Positions 1 to 10,489 are shown, counted from the first letter of the stretch. The stretch is DNA of 64,000 nucleotides from Carpediemonas membranifera BICM (GCA_019828565.1 JAHDYR010000025.1:186001-250000), one strand, 5' to 3'. Numbers and translations are program-made. The notes: generated by a model not told the origin, from the sequence alone.

Positions 1-1
1 C

Positions 2-178
2 GATGGACGAGTGAGCAACGGACCTGTGGCAGACGATGTCAAGCTCGAGAAGGACGTCGACGAGAAGGTGCGCGGCTGCTTGGAGCAGATGCTGGCCACC
101 ACGAGAGAGCTGCAGGCGGTGCTCCGCGGCGACAGCAAGGCGATCGGGCAGATCCTGGCGACACAGGACAGTAGATAG
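2..178 (+). CDS. 3' end of an upstream gene (partial, unknown protein)
   Basis: Open frame from the window edge (DGRVSNGPVADDVKLEKD...QDSR*) with host-like codon usage, ending TAG at 176-178. Confidence 0.55.
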   Translation, partial: DGRVSNGPVADDVKLEKDVDEKVRGCLEQMLATTRELQAVLRGDSKAIGQILATQDSR

Positions 179-292
179 GCTTACTAAAGGACTGAGAGGG
201 CAAGTGTGGGTCCCGGGCTGCAGGGCATGATTTATTGGTCGAATCGATCTCAAAATTTTCGGTTAAACTGCACCGAAACGGAATTCTCAACA

Positions 293-700
293 ATGACGAC
301 TGAGCCAGCAATAGCTTCAAACCCTGCAGCGGGAAACACAGGAAACACGAATACTGAGCGGCCTATGACTGCTGAAAGCACTACAGGCAGCTGCAAAGCC
401 GCTGATATGAACACAGCTTCTCGCCCGAGCACCGTTAACCCCAACGGCGCTGCGAGGACCACAAATGGGAAGAGAAATCTCCCTGAGCGTTTCCGGGATC
501 CCTCCAAATTCAAGAGCTTCGCGAAGAAGCAGCACCCGCTCTATACCACGACCTCCAGCCAGATCGGCGCCCGCGTCCCGTCCGCCCACGAGCTGCCGAC
601 CTCGTTCTATGGCAAGAGTGGCCGTTTCACCACAGGTCTGGCCGGTTTGTTCTACCGAAACAACGGACTGAACACCTCTGCCGACAAGCCCAAGGTCTAG
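293..700 (+). CDS. PIERCE1/C9orf116-like axonemal microtubule inner protein
   Basis: C-terminal HPLYTTTSSQIG...PTSFYGKSGRFT...YRNNGLNTS matches the Pierce1/2 family. ATG at 293 follows a TTAAACTGCACCG motif. Confidence 0.75.
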   Translation: MTTEPAIASNPAAGNTGNTNTERPMTAESTTGSCKAADMNTASRPSTVNPNGAARTTNGKRNLPERFRDPSKFKSFAKKQHPLYTTTSSQIGARVPSAHELPTSFYGKSGRFTTGLAGLFYRNNGLNTSADKPKV

Positions 701-922
701 AGGCGCGTGTATCAAAGCAAGTAAACATTCTATCGGACTGTCCCATCGGTATCGTTTTGTGCTCCATGGACGATAAGCTGGGTCCGAGGTGGGACTGGGT
801 CTCACCCACCCCGATACTGCCACGTCGGGGGAATCGGGCATGGCAGGCTATGCCTCGGGCGGGTCCTAGATATTCTCGGGCCGAATCAGATCTTCTCTGG
901 CTAACCCCGTGGAACTCCGTCG

Positions 923-2740
923 ATGCCAGCCTCGTCGCGACTTATTGGCATCGTTAGCCTTCTAAGACAGCTCACTGAGCTCTCAAATGACAAGTATTCT
1001 GCAACAGCGGGCCTGATCCCCGCACATTTGACATCCACACTGCGCCTTCTCGAGCAATCGCTCTCACGGCCGCCGTCTCCCGTACAACTTGATGCCGACG
1101 ATAACCTGGATATCCTTGCGGAGATTGAGCACCTCCTTGTGGCTCTTGAGCAGCTCCCCCAGTTTGAGCAACGAGCGGCTTGCCTCGGCCTCCTGAAGCA
1201 CGCTGTCCTCTACATCCGCAAGCCCCCACGCACAATCAACCTGGATGTACCCCTAGACAAGCTACCCGACGCGATCTTCACTCTGGCGTCCCCTATTCTC
1301 TCCGCCGTCATCATCACGGCGAACGCAGGCCCGGACGTCTGGTTCCTGTGCCAGAAGTTCGCCCTCATGAAGGTACAGTTCGAGAATGGACGCAGACGCA
1401 TCTTCCGCGATGGTCTTGAGACTATCGCCTTCGCTGGCCGCGTCTACTGCAAGGGTGTCAACGTCAACGGGCAGGTCGGCATCGGCAGCGACGTGCCCTT
1501 CATTCCTGAGCTAACCCGGGTGCGGCGGGTCCCGCCCCTCATCGACGTCTTCTACGGCGACACGTGCGTCTTCGGCATCACCGCCACCCACAAGCTTTGG
1601 GCATGGGGCGCCAACTCCTATGGCCAGCTGGGAGTCGGGTCGACCGAGGGCCGCATCAGCAGTCCCATGCGCGTGAGGCTGCCGGCCGACTGCAAGCCCT
1701 ACCTGACCCGCTCAACCCGCCACTCGACGTTTATCGCGACCAACAAGGGCTGGTTCGCCACTGGCCGCAACATGCTGGAGCAGCTGGGACTAGGGCACCG
1801 CCAGTTCGTCCGCACGCCCCAACGCATCAACTTCGGGTCCCACTTGGTGTCAGACATCTACAGCAACTACGACAGCACGTTCGCCTGGACAACGAGCGGC
1901 GAGGTCCTCAGCTGCGGATGGAACGAGTACGGGCAGGCCGGGACGGGCGGGGCCGAACGGACAATCCGGTGGCGTCCCGTGGTCCTGCCGTCGGTCGACC
2001 CCGAGGACGCCGCCGCCCCCCGGTTCTTCCCGGAGCACATCTACGTCTCACGGTGCAGCGCCTTCTTCTACGCCGCCCACCAGGTGCTGTGCTGCGGCTG
2101 GAACACCGTGTCCCAGCTCCCGTTCCAGCCCTCGGCCGAGCAGACCGTCGCCGTGCCGACACCCATCCCCCGCTCCATCGACAACCTCGTGTGCAACGCG
2201 GGGTCGACTGTGTTCCTGTCCGACGGCGAGCTGTGGGGCGTGGGGGACAACGAGTGCGGCCAGCTCTTCCCCAACGGGCCCTACCGCATCTACAACCCCC
2301 GCAAGCTGGCCCTGCCCTTCCCCGTAGCCCGTCTCCTGCTCTGTTCGTCCCAGCTGATGGGTGAGGTCAAGGGCACGATGTTCGTGCTGTCCCGGGCGGG
2401 CGAGTGGTGGGCCCAGGGGTACAACAACAGCGGGCTGTGCGCTGTGGGGTCCGCCGACTACCAGATCCCCCTCACCAGGGTCCGGGCCCCACACGGGACA
2501 CGCGATATCGTCTCGTGCACCCACGCCACGTTTATATTCACCGACAACGGCTTGTTCGCTTGCGGCGACAACGACGGCAACCGGCTGGGCGTGGAGCGTC
2601 GTGGCAACGTGCTTGACCCGATGCCCGTAGTCGAGCTGACCCAGGAGCTGCCGACCGCGTTCAACTGGGCCGTCCGGGACTCGCAGGTGCTGGAGATGGA
2701 TGTCGGGGAGACCGTGCCGCTGCTCGACGAGAGGCTTTGA
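923..2740 (+). CDS. RCC1-repeat beta-propeller protein
   Basis: Repeated WG.N.YGQLG / CGWN..GQ / GDN..GQL motifs. Confidence 0.9.
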   Translation: MPASSRLIGIVSLLRQLTELSNDKYSATAGLIPAHLTSTLRLLEQSLSRPPSPVQLDADDNLDILAEIEHLLVALEQLPQFEQRAACLGLLKHAVLYIRKPPRTINLDVPLDKLPDAIFTLASPILSAVIITANAGPDVWFLCQKFALMKVQFENGRRRIFRDGLETIAFAGRVYCKGVNVNGQVGIGSDVPFIPELTRVRRVPPLIDVFYGDTCVFGITATHKLWAWGANSYGQLGVGSTEGRISSPMRVRLPADCKPYLTRSTRHSTFIATNKGWFATGRNMLEQLGLGHRQFVRTPQRINFGSHLVSDIYSNYDSTFAWTTSGEVLSCGWNEYGQAGTGGAERTIRWRPVVLPSVDPEDAAAPRFFPEHIYVSRCSAFFYAAHQVLCCGWNTVSQLPFQPSAEQTVAVPTPIPRSIDNLVCNAGSTVFLSDGELWGVGDNECGQLFPNGPYRIYNPRKLALPFPVARLLLCSSQLMGEVKGTMFVLSRAGEWWAQGYNNSGLCAVGSADYQIPLTRVRAPHGTRDIVSCTHATFIFTDNGLFACGDNDGNRLGVERRGNVLDPMPVVELTQELPTAFNWAVRDSQVLEMDVGETVPLLDERL

Positions 2741-2851
2741 AGTTTAGTGCTTTCCATGTTATTACTGTTATAAACCACCAGTGCTGTCGCTGTGGCTGGG
2801 GCGGTCGACTGTGGCGGGTTTGCCCGGATGACGGACGGAGATCCTATTTGA

Positions 2852-4312
2852 ATGAGCGATGACGGCCAAACATGCCCAGCATGCCAGAATAAGCTTGAGA
2901 AACCAATGATACTGACTTGCGGACATGTATTCTGCAAGCGATGTCTCCGCGCGGCAATGCGTCGTGTTTCGGGTGATTCCTCCGTCGCCAAATGCCCTCT
3001 GTGTAGGACACCCATCACAATCAAGCCCATTCCCATCGGCGGCTTCTTAGACAAGGTTCTAGCTGCCGCTGTGCCGCCCAAGCCCGAGCCCGAGCCTGAG
3101 GCTCGCTCGAGAACGGCTTCCCTGGATGTGATCGAGCTAGACCTCGAGGAGGACCTTCTCAGGACACCACCGCCAGTCCGCCCGAAGAAGTCCAAGCATC
3201 GTGTGCCCGAGAAGCACATTGGCGCGGTGGGCGGCACGCTCGACACGATGACGGCATGGAAGGCGCGGCTTGACCGGCATGGAATCAAGATGAGCTGGAT
3301 CACACCAACGGGCAAGGACGCTGCCCAGCGGGCCCAGGTACGTGCGTTCTTCGGGCACTACCGAGACCTGCACAACGCGGAGATCGACGCGTGTGAACAC
3401 GCGGCCAGGACACCTATTCGGACGCTCGTGCGGCAGGCATGGTCGAAGACGGTCAACGGGGGCCGCCAGACGACGTGGAAGTCGAACCCCCAGTCCCCCG
3501 AGGCCGCTACGTCTGCAGCAGCGTCTGCCGCGGTCACACCCGCACAGCCTGCACGCCACGACATGGCACTGAGCGAGGGCACAGCGCCCCTGACCGCGGA
3601 TGACCTGGGGGCGTACGGCCGGCTCGCCCGCCGTGCACTGCGGCGCCAGACCGAAGCAAGGATCCGATCCGAGATGCGGACCGGATTTGACCGACTCCTC
3701 GCAAGTCAGGCGGATGCCGGCATGTGTGCCGCATGTGTCAGCCGTCTGCGGGATCTGGTGTCGAACGGCGGGATCCTCGACCGCGCGGTGAATGCGGCCA
3801 CAGCCGTTGGTGACTTCGCCCAGCACGAGGCGAGCCAGCGGGCTGACGAAGAGACTCGGGACAGGGCAGTCGACGCGACGGTGGCCATGACCGACGCCCA
3901 GGTTGAGACGACCGTGGCCGAGGGCGTCGCCGTGCTGCCCGCCGCCCCACCGGCCCGATACAGCCGGGCCGTGCAGACGACGGTCCTGCTCCAGGGCGCG
4001 TTGGGCCGGACGAAGACCAGCCTGACCCCCAACCGGACGCCCATGAAGCCCGGGGCCCGCCGTCCGGCCCGGGACCCCGAGCCGATGGCCGATCCTGGGC
4101 CGGTGCCCGCTGGGATCCACGTTTATTATTCAGACCTGCTCGGACGGCATATATACGTCAACGAGGAGACCGGCGTGGCTACATTGAAGAGGCAGTCCAC
4201 GGAGCATAACCGGACGGTGCGTGAGGCGGACACCCTCGACCACATCGCCGGGGTCGACTACAGGTCGAGGCCACAGGCGGAGACGGCGGTGGAGGATATT
4301 GAAATCGACTGA
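2852..4312 (+). CDS. C3HC4 RING-finger protein (putative E3 ligase) with a degenerate WW-like C-terminal motif
   Basis: N-terminal CPAC...CGHVFCKRC...CPLC; near the C-terminus PVPAGIHVYYSDLLGRHIYVNEETG. Confidence 0.8.
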   Translation: MSDDGQTCPACQNKLEKPMILTCGHVFCKRCLRAAMRRVSGDSSVAKCPLCRTPITIKPIPIGGFLDKVLAAAVPPKPEPEPEARSRTASLDVIELDLEEDLLRTPPPVRPKKSKHRVPEKHIGAVGGTLDTMTAWKARLDRHGIKMSWITPTGKDAAQRAQVRAFFGHYRDLHNAEIDACEHAARTPIRTLVRQAWSKTVNGGRQTTWKSNPQSPEAATSAAASAAVTPAQPARHDMALSEGTAPLTADDLGAYGRLARRALRRQTEARIRSEMRTGFDRLLASQADAGMCAACVSRLRDLVSNGGILDRAVNAATAVGDFAQHEASQRADEETRDRAVDATVAMTDAQVETTVAEGVAVLPAAPPARYSRAVQTTVLLQGALGRTKTSLTPNRTPMKPGARRPARDPEPMADPGPVPAGIHVYYSDLLGRHIYVNEETGVATLKRQSTEHNRTVREADTLDHIAGVDYRSRPQAETAVEDIEID

Positions 4313-4667
4313 GCCAGCTGCGTCGTCTGCTGGACGCCTGTCCTTGTCGTCCTGGTCCTGCAAGGCGGCACCGTTGTTTCTGTATGTGGTCCGCCGCATG
4401 AAGAATACTATTATTAAATTACCAGCCGCCTCTGGGACGGCGTGTGGCTGTCCGGCGTCTACTGCCTTGCTGGACGTCCGTTGACTTGGCCGACCTGCGT
4501 ATTCTGGTGAGCAAACCTGCCGACAATCTGAAGAATATCTAAAGGGCATGGCTGGCGGTTGGGCATCATATGTAGCCGCAACCATCACAATGAAGCTTCG
4601 GGCTCTCCGATTGTATGTCACTGGCAAGGATTCGCTTGATCCAAACGGCAACAGAAAGAATGGCCGA

Positions 4668-6608
4668 ATGCTCCTGGTATTGGTCGCCATTCTGCTCATA
4701 CTTGTACTTGGTGCTGTTTCTGCAGCATATATCTTCAATTCACGGGGTTCCTCATCATCCAGCCTTCACTCGCCCATCTCCCTGCGCCCCCAGCTGCCAG
4801 ATGAACCCCACGACATAGCCGCGTATCCTGTCGCGCCGCTACCCCCCACAAGGCCCATCAAGCGTTCCAAGGAGGGTGTGGAGCGGCTCATCATCGTCTG
4901 GTCCGAGATGGAGACCCAGGCGGACGCCGCCCGCCTGCTGATCTCCCTGCACGATTGCATGGCGTTCTCGAAGGACATACCGCCGATAGCCCTCATCAGC
5001 GACGGGTCAGACGAGGAGTTTGACACCCGCATGGCGGCCCTGGGCGACGTGACGGTGCGGCATCGGTCCGACGAGACGATTGCACACGACGTAGGCACCC
5101 TGTTGAAAGCTCACTCGAAGGTGCAGCAGGTGTTCTTACTAGCACCGGGCGTTGTGTTCCGGTCCGGTCTGCAGCCCGAGGCGTACAGCGACAACGGCCT
5201 GCACCTGCACCCTGACACTGACGGCGTGGCGGTCGTCACGGGGCGGCTGGCCATCAACCAGGTGCAGCGGGCCATGATGGCGGGGGAGACTCCGTATGAC
5301 GCGATCGCCCAGTGCCGGGAGAACAAGGAGACGGTGGTCCGCAAGCTCATCGACCAGGACGTCACCGTGCTGGCCCCGAACACCGAGATCAGCAAGGTCA
5401 AGCCCGAGCACGCGCTCTTCTCCCACCGCCGGACGATGATGTTCGTCCCCGACGGCGAGCGGCTCCCGGCGCTCACGGGCAAGATGCACCTGGCCCACCC
5501 GACCCAGGTCAAGCCGCGTCACCAGTATATGACGACCATCTACCGCTTCCTGGACGACAGATATGCCGCGGCAGACTGGATGGAGCCACGCAGGCCGCTG
5601 GACCCGGCTACAGACGCCTATGTGTTCTGGCTGACCGGCGCCGACCACGCCTACTGCCTCAACACGCTGAGCTCCATCTTCGGACTCCGGCAGCACACGA
5701 CCGCACGGATCATCCTGGCGACACAGGCCAAGCTGGACAAGTTCTCGGACTTCATCGCGGGGCTGGATGAGCTCGGCGCTGAGCACGTCTACGTCAACCA
5801 GAAGCTCCCGGTAGAGGTCAGCTCGAAGTTCAAGATCGATGAGCCCCGGTACAAGCTGGCCGTTGAGAGCATCCAGATCATGAACCTCAACCGGTTCCTC
5901 AGGAAGCCCGTCCGCAGGGCTATCCTGCTCGACCCCGACGTGACGGTGCTTCGGTGCCCCGACCACCTGTTCAGCCACCCTAGCGACATGGTGATGAGCA
6001 CGGAGCACATCCTGTTCGCGAACTCTGGTCTCGTCAAATGGGACCTGGAGAACGTCGACGCCAAGGGCCTGTTCTCCGCAGTTTTAGAGTTCATGCGGGA
6101 GCCCAGCAACGTATGCCAGTTCCCGGGCCACTTCTGGATGCTGGCAGATCAGGAGATCCTCTTCTGCTTCGCCAACAACTACCTCCACAACATGCCGCAG
6201 TTCGGGTCAAACGTCAACTGCCTCGACTCGACCCTCGACGAGACGCTCGGCCCCTTCCTATCGAGGTACAACGACACCGTCGTCCACCACTTCACGGGGT
6301 CCTTCAACCCCCAGGGCAAGCAGTGGAGCGTCCCCGTCGGCGGCACGTCCATGTCATACTCACTGTACTGGGACCAGGTCGAGTGTCTCACGGGCACCCC
6401 GCTCCAGTGCACAGACAAGGCCGCGGTGTCGACGTTCAAGCCAGGCGTGTGCAGCAGGTGCTACTGCCGACACGACCCGAGGCCCGGTGCTGTAGACGTC
6501 TCCCTCAGGGCCTGGGTCCGGCGGCACAGCAGGGAGAGCTGGTGGGGGACCGGGGCGCCGGCGTGCGGGCCGGAGACGCCCTACACGCACCCCGCGCTTA
6601 GTCTGTAG
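4668..6608 (+). CDS. Type II membrane glycosyltransferase, GT8-like
   Basis: N-terminal TM anchor (MLLVLVAILLILVLG) and motifs LLDPDVTVL..PDHLF, NSG, DQEIL, HFTG..KQW. Start is uncertain (4548/4590/4668). Confidence 0.7.
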   Translation: MLLVLVAILLILVLGAVSAAYIFNSRGSSSSSLHSPISLRPQLPDEPHDIAAYPVAPLPPTRPIKRSKEGVERLIIVWSEMETQADAARLLISLHDCMAFSKDIPPIALISDGSDEEFDTRMAALGDVTVRHRSDETIAHDVGTLLKAHSKVQQVFLLAPGVVFRSGLQPEAYSDNGLHLHPDTDGVAVVTGRLAINQVQRAMMAGETPYDAIAQCRENKETVVRKLIDQDVTVLAPNTEISKVKPEHALFSHRRTMMFVPDGERLPALTGKMHLAHPTQVKPRHQYMTTIYRFLDDRYAAADWMEPRRPLDPATDAYVFWLTGADHAYCLNTLSSIFGLRQHTTARIILATQAKLDKFSDFIAGLDELGAEHVYVNQKLPVEVSSKFKIDEPRYKLAVESIQIMNLNRFLRKPVRRAILLDPDVTVLRCPDHLFSHPSDMVMSTEHILFANSGLVKWDLENVDAKGLFSAVLEFMREPSNVCQFPGHFWMLADQEILFCFANNYLHNMPQFGSNVNCLDSTLDETLGPFLSRYNDTVVHHFTGSFNPQGKQWSVPVGGTSMSYSLYWDQVECLTGTPLQCTDKAAVSTFKPGVCSRCYCRHDPRPGAVDVSLRAWVRRHSRESWWGTGAPACGPETPYTHPALSL

Positions 6609-6990
6609 ATAGCATCTTATTGGGCTGTAAAATGACTGCCTTGCTCGTTGGATGGCATTATTGAGGAATATTTTGATTGGTATTTGATATGTCTCGCGTT
6701 TCTGTTGTTGACACAGTCGACAGTGACAAAACCCGCCACCAGAATTCACTCCAAATGGACTTTTCCCTTGTTATACCTTCTCTGGGCGCCTATGTCGCTG
6801 CTCAACTCGAACAGTACCCTATCAGCAGTATCACTGCAAACGAAAACGTTTCTATACTCCTCAACATCAAGTTACGTAGACATACGACAACAGAACCACC
6901 GACAGTCGCCAAAACAACAACGAAAACGACAAAAAAAGGTCTAATGCGATCCGTAACCAGGTGAGCAGGTCCAAAAAAGGCAAGACTGTC

Positions 6991-7917
6991 ATGGCAGAAG
7001 TTGTCAATACGATGATCGAGAATCACCCCCAGCTGGCCGAATGCCCCTTTGGAAAGACCAAATGGTCGCAGCTGATCGCTCTTGCACTTTCATACACTAG
7101 TGTGATCGACAAGAGCGGTCAGCTGTGCCATTTGCTGTCTATCCTCGACACCCTACGGGATTCGTCGTTTGTTCGGGCCGATGCCGAATTCCAAAAACAG
7201 TATCACGCCACAGTGAAGTTCTTTGAGCAGCCTGTCTGTTCAGAGAAGATCACATCACCTCTATTGCAGTTCATCGAACAGCATTATGCTGAGGCTTCAC
7301 TCGGTTTCGACGACCGGTCGAGCAAGCCTCGCAAGTACTCCGACCAGCGCACCAACTTCCGCCTCTGGGTTGCTGAAGCCATTGCCGCGTACGCTGTGTG
7401 TATCCACACGGGCCAACAGTTCGAGTCCTTCTTCAAGAAGAACACCAAGCGCGGCAGCCCCTTCACCTTTAACGTTGAAGGAGCACAGGCCACGAAGCAG
7501 CTCTTTAGTCTCGTGAATAACGCCCCGCTGCCCGCCAGGGTCTCTTCATTCGATGCCCCGCCGCAGGGCACGTTCCCCGGTGCCCGGGACTGTGACTCAC
7601 CTGACTCTATCTGCCTGTCACCCGATGCTGGTCCCCATATGGCCCCGATGCTGCAGGACCTCGCGTTCAGCACACCTTTCCTCGCCAACACTGAATGCCG
7701 CCCTTGTCTCACACCCACGAACGTCCCACTCGACATCCCGCCCCCTGCCGGGTCTGGCGTCGACCATGTTCCCCCCGTGCATGTCGCCCCCCACGCCGAC
7801 ACGCCACCGGGCAGTGCCATGCTCTCGTGTGGCAGTCCCAACATGGACCTCCCCTCCCTGGACCTCAACCTCGACTTCTACTCAGACAACCCGTACTCGT
7901 TCAACCTGATGATCTAG
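6991..7917 (+). CDS. Hypothetical protein with Pro-rich C-terminus
   Basis: ORF of about 310 aa with host codon bias and no recognised domain. Confidence 0.6.
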   Translation: MAEVVNTMIENHPQLAECPFGKTKWSQLIALALSYTSVIDKSGQLCHLLSILDTLRDSSFVRADAEFQKQYHATVKFFEQPVCSEKITSPLLQFIEQHYAEASLGFDDRSSKPRKYSDQRTNFRLWVAEAIAAYAVCIHTGQQFESFFKKNTKRGSPFTFNVEGAQATKQLFSLVNNAPLPARVSSFDAPPQGTFPGARDCDSPDSICLSPDAGPHMAPMLQDLAFSTPFLANTECRPCLTPTNVPLDIPPPAGSGVDHVPPVHVAPHADTPPGSAMLSCGSPNMDLPSLDLNLDFYSDNPYSFNLMI

Positions 7918-8242
7918 ATAAAGCTCTTGTGGTGAGACAGCTGTCTGTCTCATGAGACTGCTGCGGGCGGAGGATTGATCAGGGCGTGACTTGGAAATGT
8001 GGTCTGTGGGATGCTCCTCTGAGCTGTGCTGCCTTCTTCTTGGCCCCGTCCTCCGGATAAATCCAGCGCTCAAATTCTACTTTGGGTGTTGATGAGTGCT
8101 TTAACATTTTATCACGACTCTGCCAGCGGTTCTCGCGAAGGATACGATCATCAGGCAGCTTCTGCCGCCGCTTGCACATCCAAAGTGGGCTCAAGCAGCT
8201 GTGCATTTTTGTGCGTCATTCATGTAGCGTTAAGACTCAAGT

Positions 8243-8263
8243 ATTCTAATCCTGCGCGGCACA
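8243..8263 (+). repeat. 21-bp motif ATTCTAATCCTGCGCGGCACA, left flank of the Fanzor locus
   Basis: Exact copy at 62841-62861, copy with a 1-nt deletion at 10693-10712, partial copy at 55146-55158. Confidence 0.9.
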
Positions 8264-8592
8264 CTACCTCCACTCACCCACTTCAGCCCTCGTCTGTACC
8301 ATCGGGCTTTCGTGCTTTCAGTCGTCGGTCTGCACGAAAAGATGCGTCGTCCATCGTCTGTGTCGAACGCTGCTGTCTTCTTTCGCGTCTGTGCTCGTCT
8401 GTTACGCGCTCATCTGTCGTCCATTGCCGGCGTCTGAAGCTAATGTCGTCGTCGTCTTCGTCATCTTTGTCTGTTGTGAGAGACACTAGTGGTGGAAAGC
8501 GGTTGTAGCTGGTAGTAAAGACGCTTTGTGTTGTATGATGCTGGTTTCTTGTGTTTTGAGGGATGCTGTCAGCTGATGAACCCTGAAAAGAA

Positions 8593-10489
8593 ATGATCAA
8601 TGCAGGCAGCTCAATATACTCCGATGCCTTCCAAGATATATTGAGATTAACGGCGGAGGCGATAACAACGCGCCGCGGCGAGGAAGAGGAAATCTTGAAC
8701 CCGGCATGTGTTCTTTTTCACGCAGGCTAAGTACACATTCACTTGCCTGCTTGCGTGCGTCTCTGCATCTGCGCACGCGTTGACCCCACCGAGGACGGTC
8801 AACCTGTTTGACCAGGAGGTCCTCAAGCAGATCGTCAGCATTGCCAAGGGAAGAGAGTGCAAGGCAAAGGCAGCGGATCGGTGCAGGTGGATTGGCGACC
8901 TGGCGATGTGGAGGGACCCTGACATAACCCCACTCGTCCGGGACTTCAAGGAAGCCTACGTTGGAATTGCAGCGCCATTTCAGAGCTGGTTGGGCGAGTA
9001 CTCCACAGCCACCCGGTCTGGCTCTCGCGCGCGTCACCCGGGTACCTGACCCGTCTTCGTGCTGGATTAGACCGGGTGCGTTCGCTCCTCCATGATCGGC
9101 CGGGTGTTCGACAGGATTTTCTCGACACCCAAGGCGAGCTCGACACTGAGGTTGCCGCCATAGCCGCCGATCATGGCAGGTATCATCCTCAAATGCATGC
9201 ATCGCCCGAGGGGCAACGGGTGGGTCGCACTGGTACCGTGGCCGAGGCCCTCGTCGGCGTGCTGTCGTGCGTCACGCGCATGAGTGCTGCAGTGACCAAG
9301 CTGGTCACACTCACTCGTGCCGTGAACCTCGAGCTCAGTCAGGCCCTGCCAGAGCCGAAGCTCGTCCCGTTCGTGCCGATGGCACCGGTCAGGCCTGGGT
9401 TCATGACCATCGAGCGCGGAGTGACAGTGCTCACCCCAGCCATGAAGCTGTGCCCGCGAGCACGTGAATTGGTCAGCAACTAAGAATTTGACCGACGAGC
9501 AGGTTGATAGATACGAGCGTGATCACGGCGACATCACCAAACTCCGCAGAGTGCTCTCTGTGAAGACAGACGGGTCTCTGTTGCTGTGACGGTTTGGGTG
9601 GGTCGCGAGAAATACAGTGGCGGTCGGGTGGCTGACCGGCCCACGTACAAAAAGGGTAGCAGCAACAAGCGGGCTCGGCTCGGTCAGGATGACGCCGAGG
9701 CTACTCCTGCCCCGGACATTCAAGCTCTCATGGGCTTCGACCCTGGTGCTCGGTCGCTGGGCGGCTACACGATCCGCCGCCCAGACGGGCAGAGTGTATC
9801 TGGCGTACTCGCTAAGTGTGGCTACACTGCCACCCCCTCTTTCCGCGTGAATATGAGCGCAGCATCGTTCAAAACGACAAGTCTAGAGGCTCTCAAACAG
9901 TCGATTAGGTTTGTCCATGAGAACATCGTTCAGATCATCAACGAGGGGACGAGAAAAGTGTTTCCGCCGTGCGACTTTTGCCAATCACTGTCTGCGCCAG
10001 AAGCACTTCGCCCGGGCTGGACGTCAACTCATGGATGATCTCGGCGGGCGCCCCTCGGAGCCCATTCACCTCGAAGTCGCGTATGGGGCTGCACTGTTCG
10101 GTTCTGCCGGCACTCCCTCCTGTGCTCCGTACCGCCACTTTGCTCGAGCACTTCCTGGCATAATGCTCCGGCACAACGTCGTCGTGACTGTCACGATGGT
10201 CTCCGAATTCCGCACTTCCATCGTGTGCCCATACTGCAAAGCACACTTCAGACGTGTGGTGCACACACACCGCACCATGCTCTGCCAGAATCCCGCGTGC
10301 GAGGGAGCTCCATGGCGCGTTGAACGGCTACGTCGGCATCCCGAGCAGAGAGACATACTTCTCAATCTCTCTCACCGAGATAAGAGCGCCAGCGAGAACA
10401 TCCATTGGTGCACCTTCGATGCAACTTCAGATCAGATAGAGCAATCTCCTTTCCACTCCCAGAGAGGTGCTCTTCCTCGCTATCATTAA
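8593..10489 (+). mobile_element. Fanzor (Fanzor1-like, TnpB-derived RuvC nuclease), ORF interrupted by about 5 frame changes
   Basis: Motifs in order across frames: KTDG(V)SVAV (9563-9588), RuvC-I MGFDPG (D 9739), FRRATFANHCLRQK, VAYGAALFG...AP, RuvC-II VSEFRTS (E 10205), Zn finger CPYC...CQNPAC, RuvC-III HRDKSASENI (D 10379). About 630 codons in total; the 5' boundary is uncertain. Confidence 0.85.

Noticed and set aside
7979-8206. 75-aa minus-strand ORF beside the Fanzor as a possible transposase fragment
   Set aside because: No HUH, DDE or serine/tyrosine recombinase motif is visible.
9472-9502. Possible 31-nt intron GTCAGC...GAGCAG fixing one Fanzor frameshift
   Set aside because: It restores the frame but lacks the TYA-YWYAG end seen in the four host introns, so a simple indel is at least as likely.
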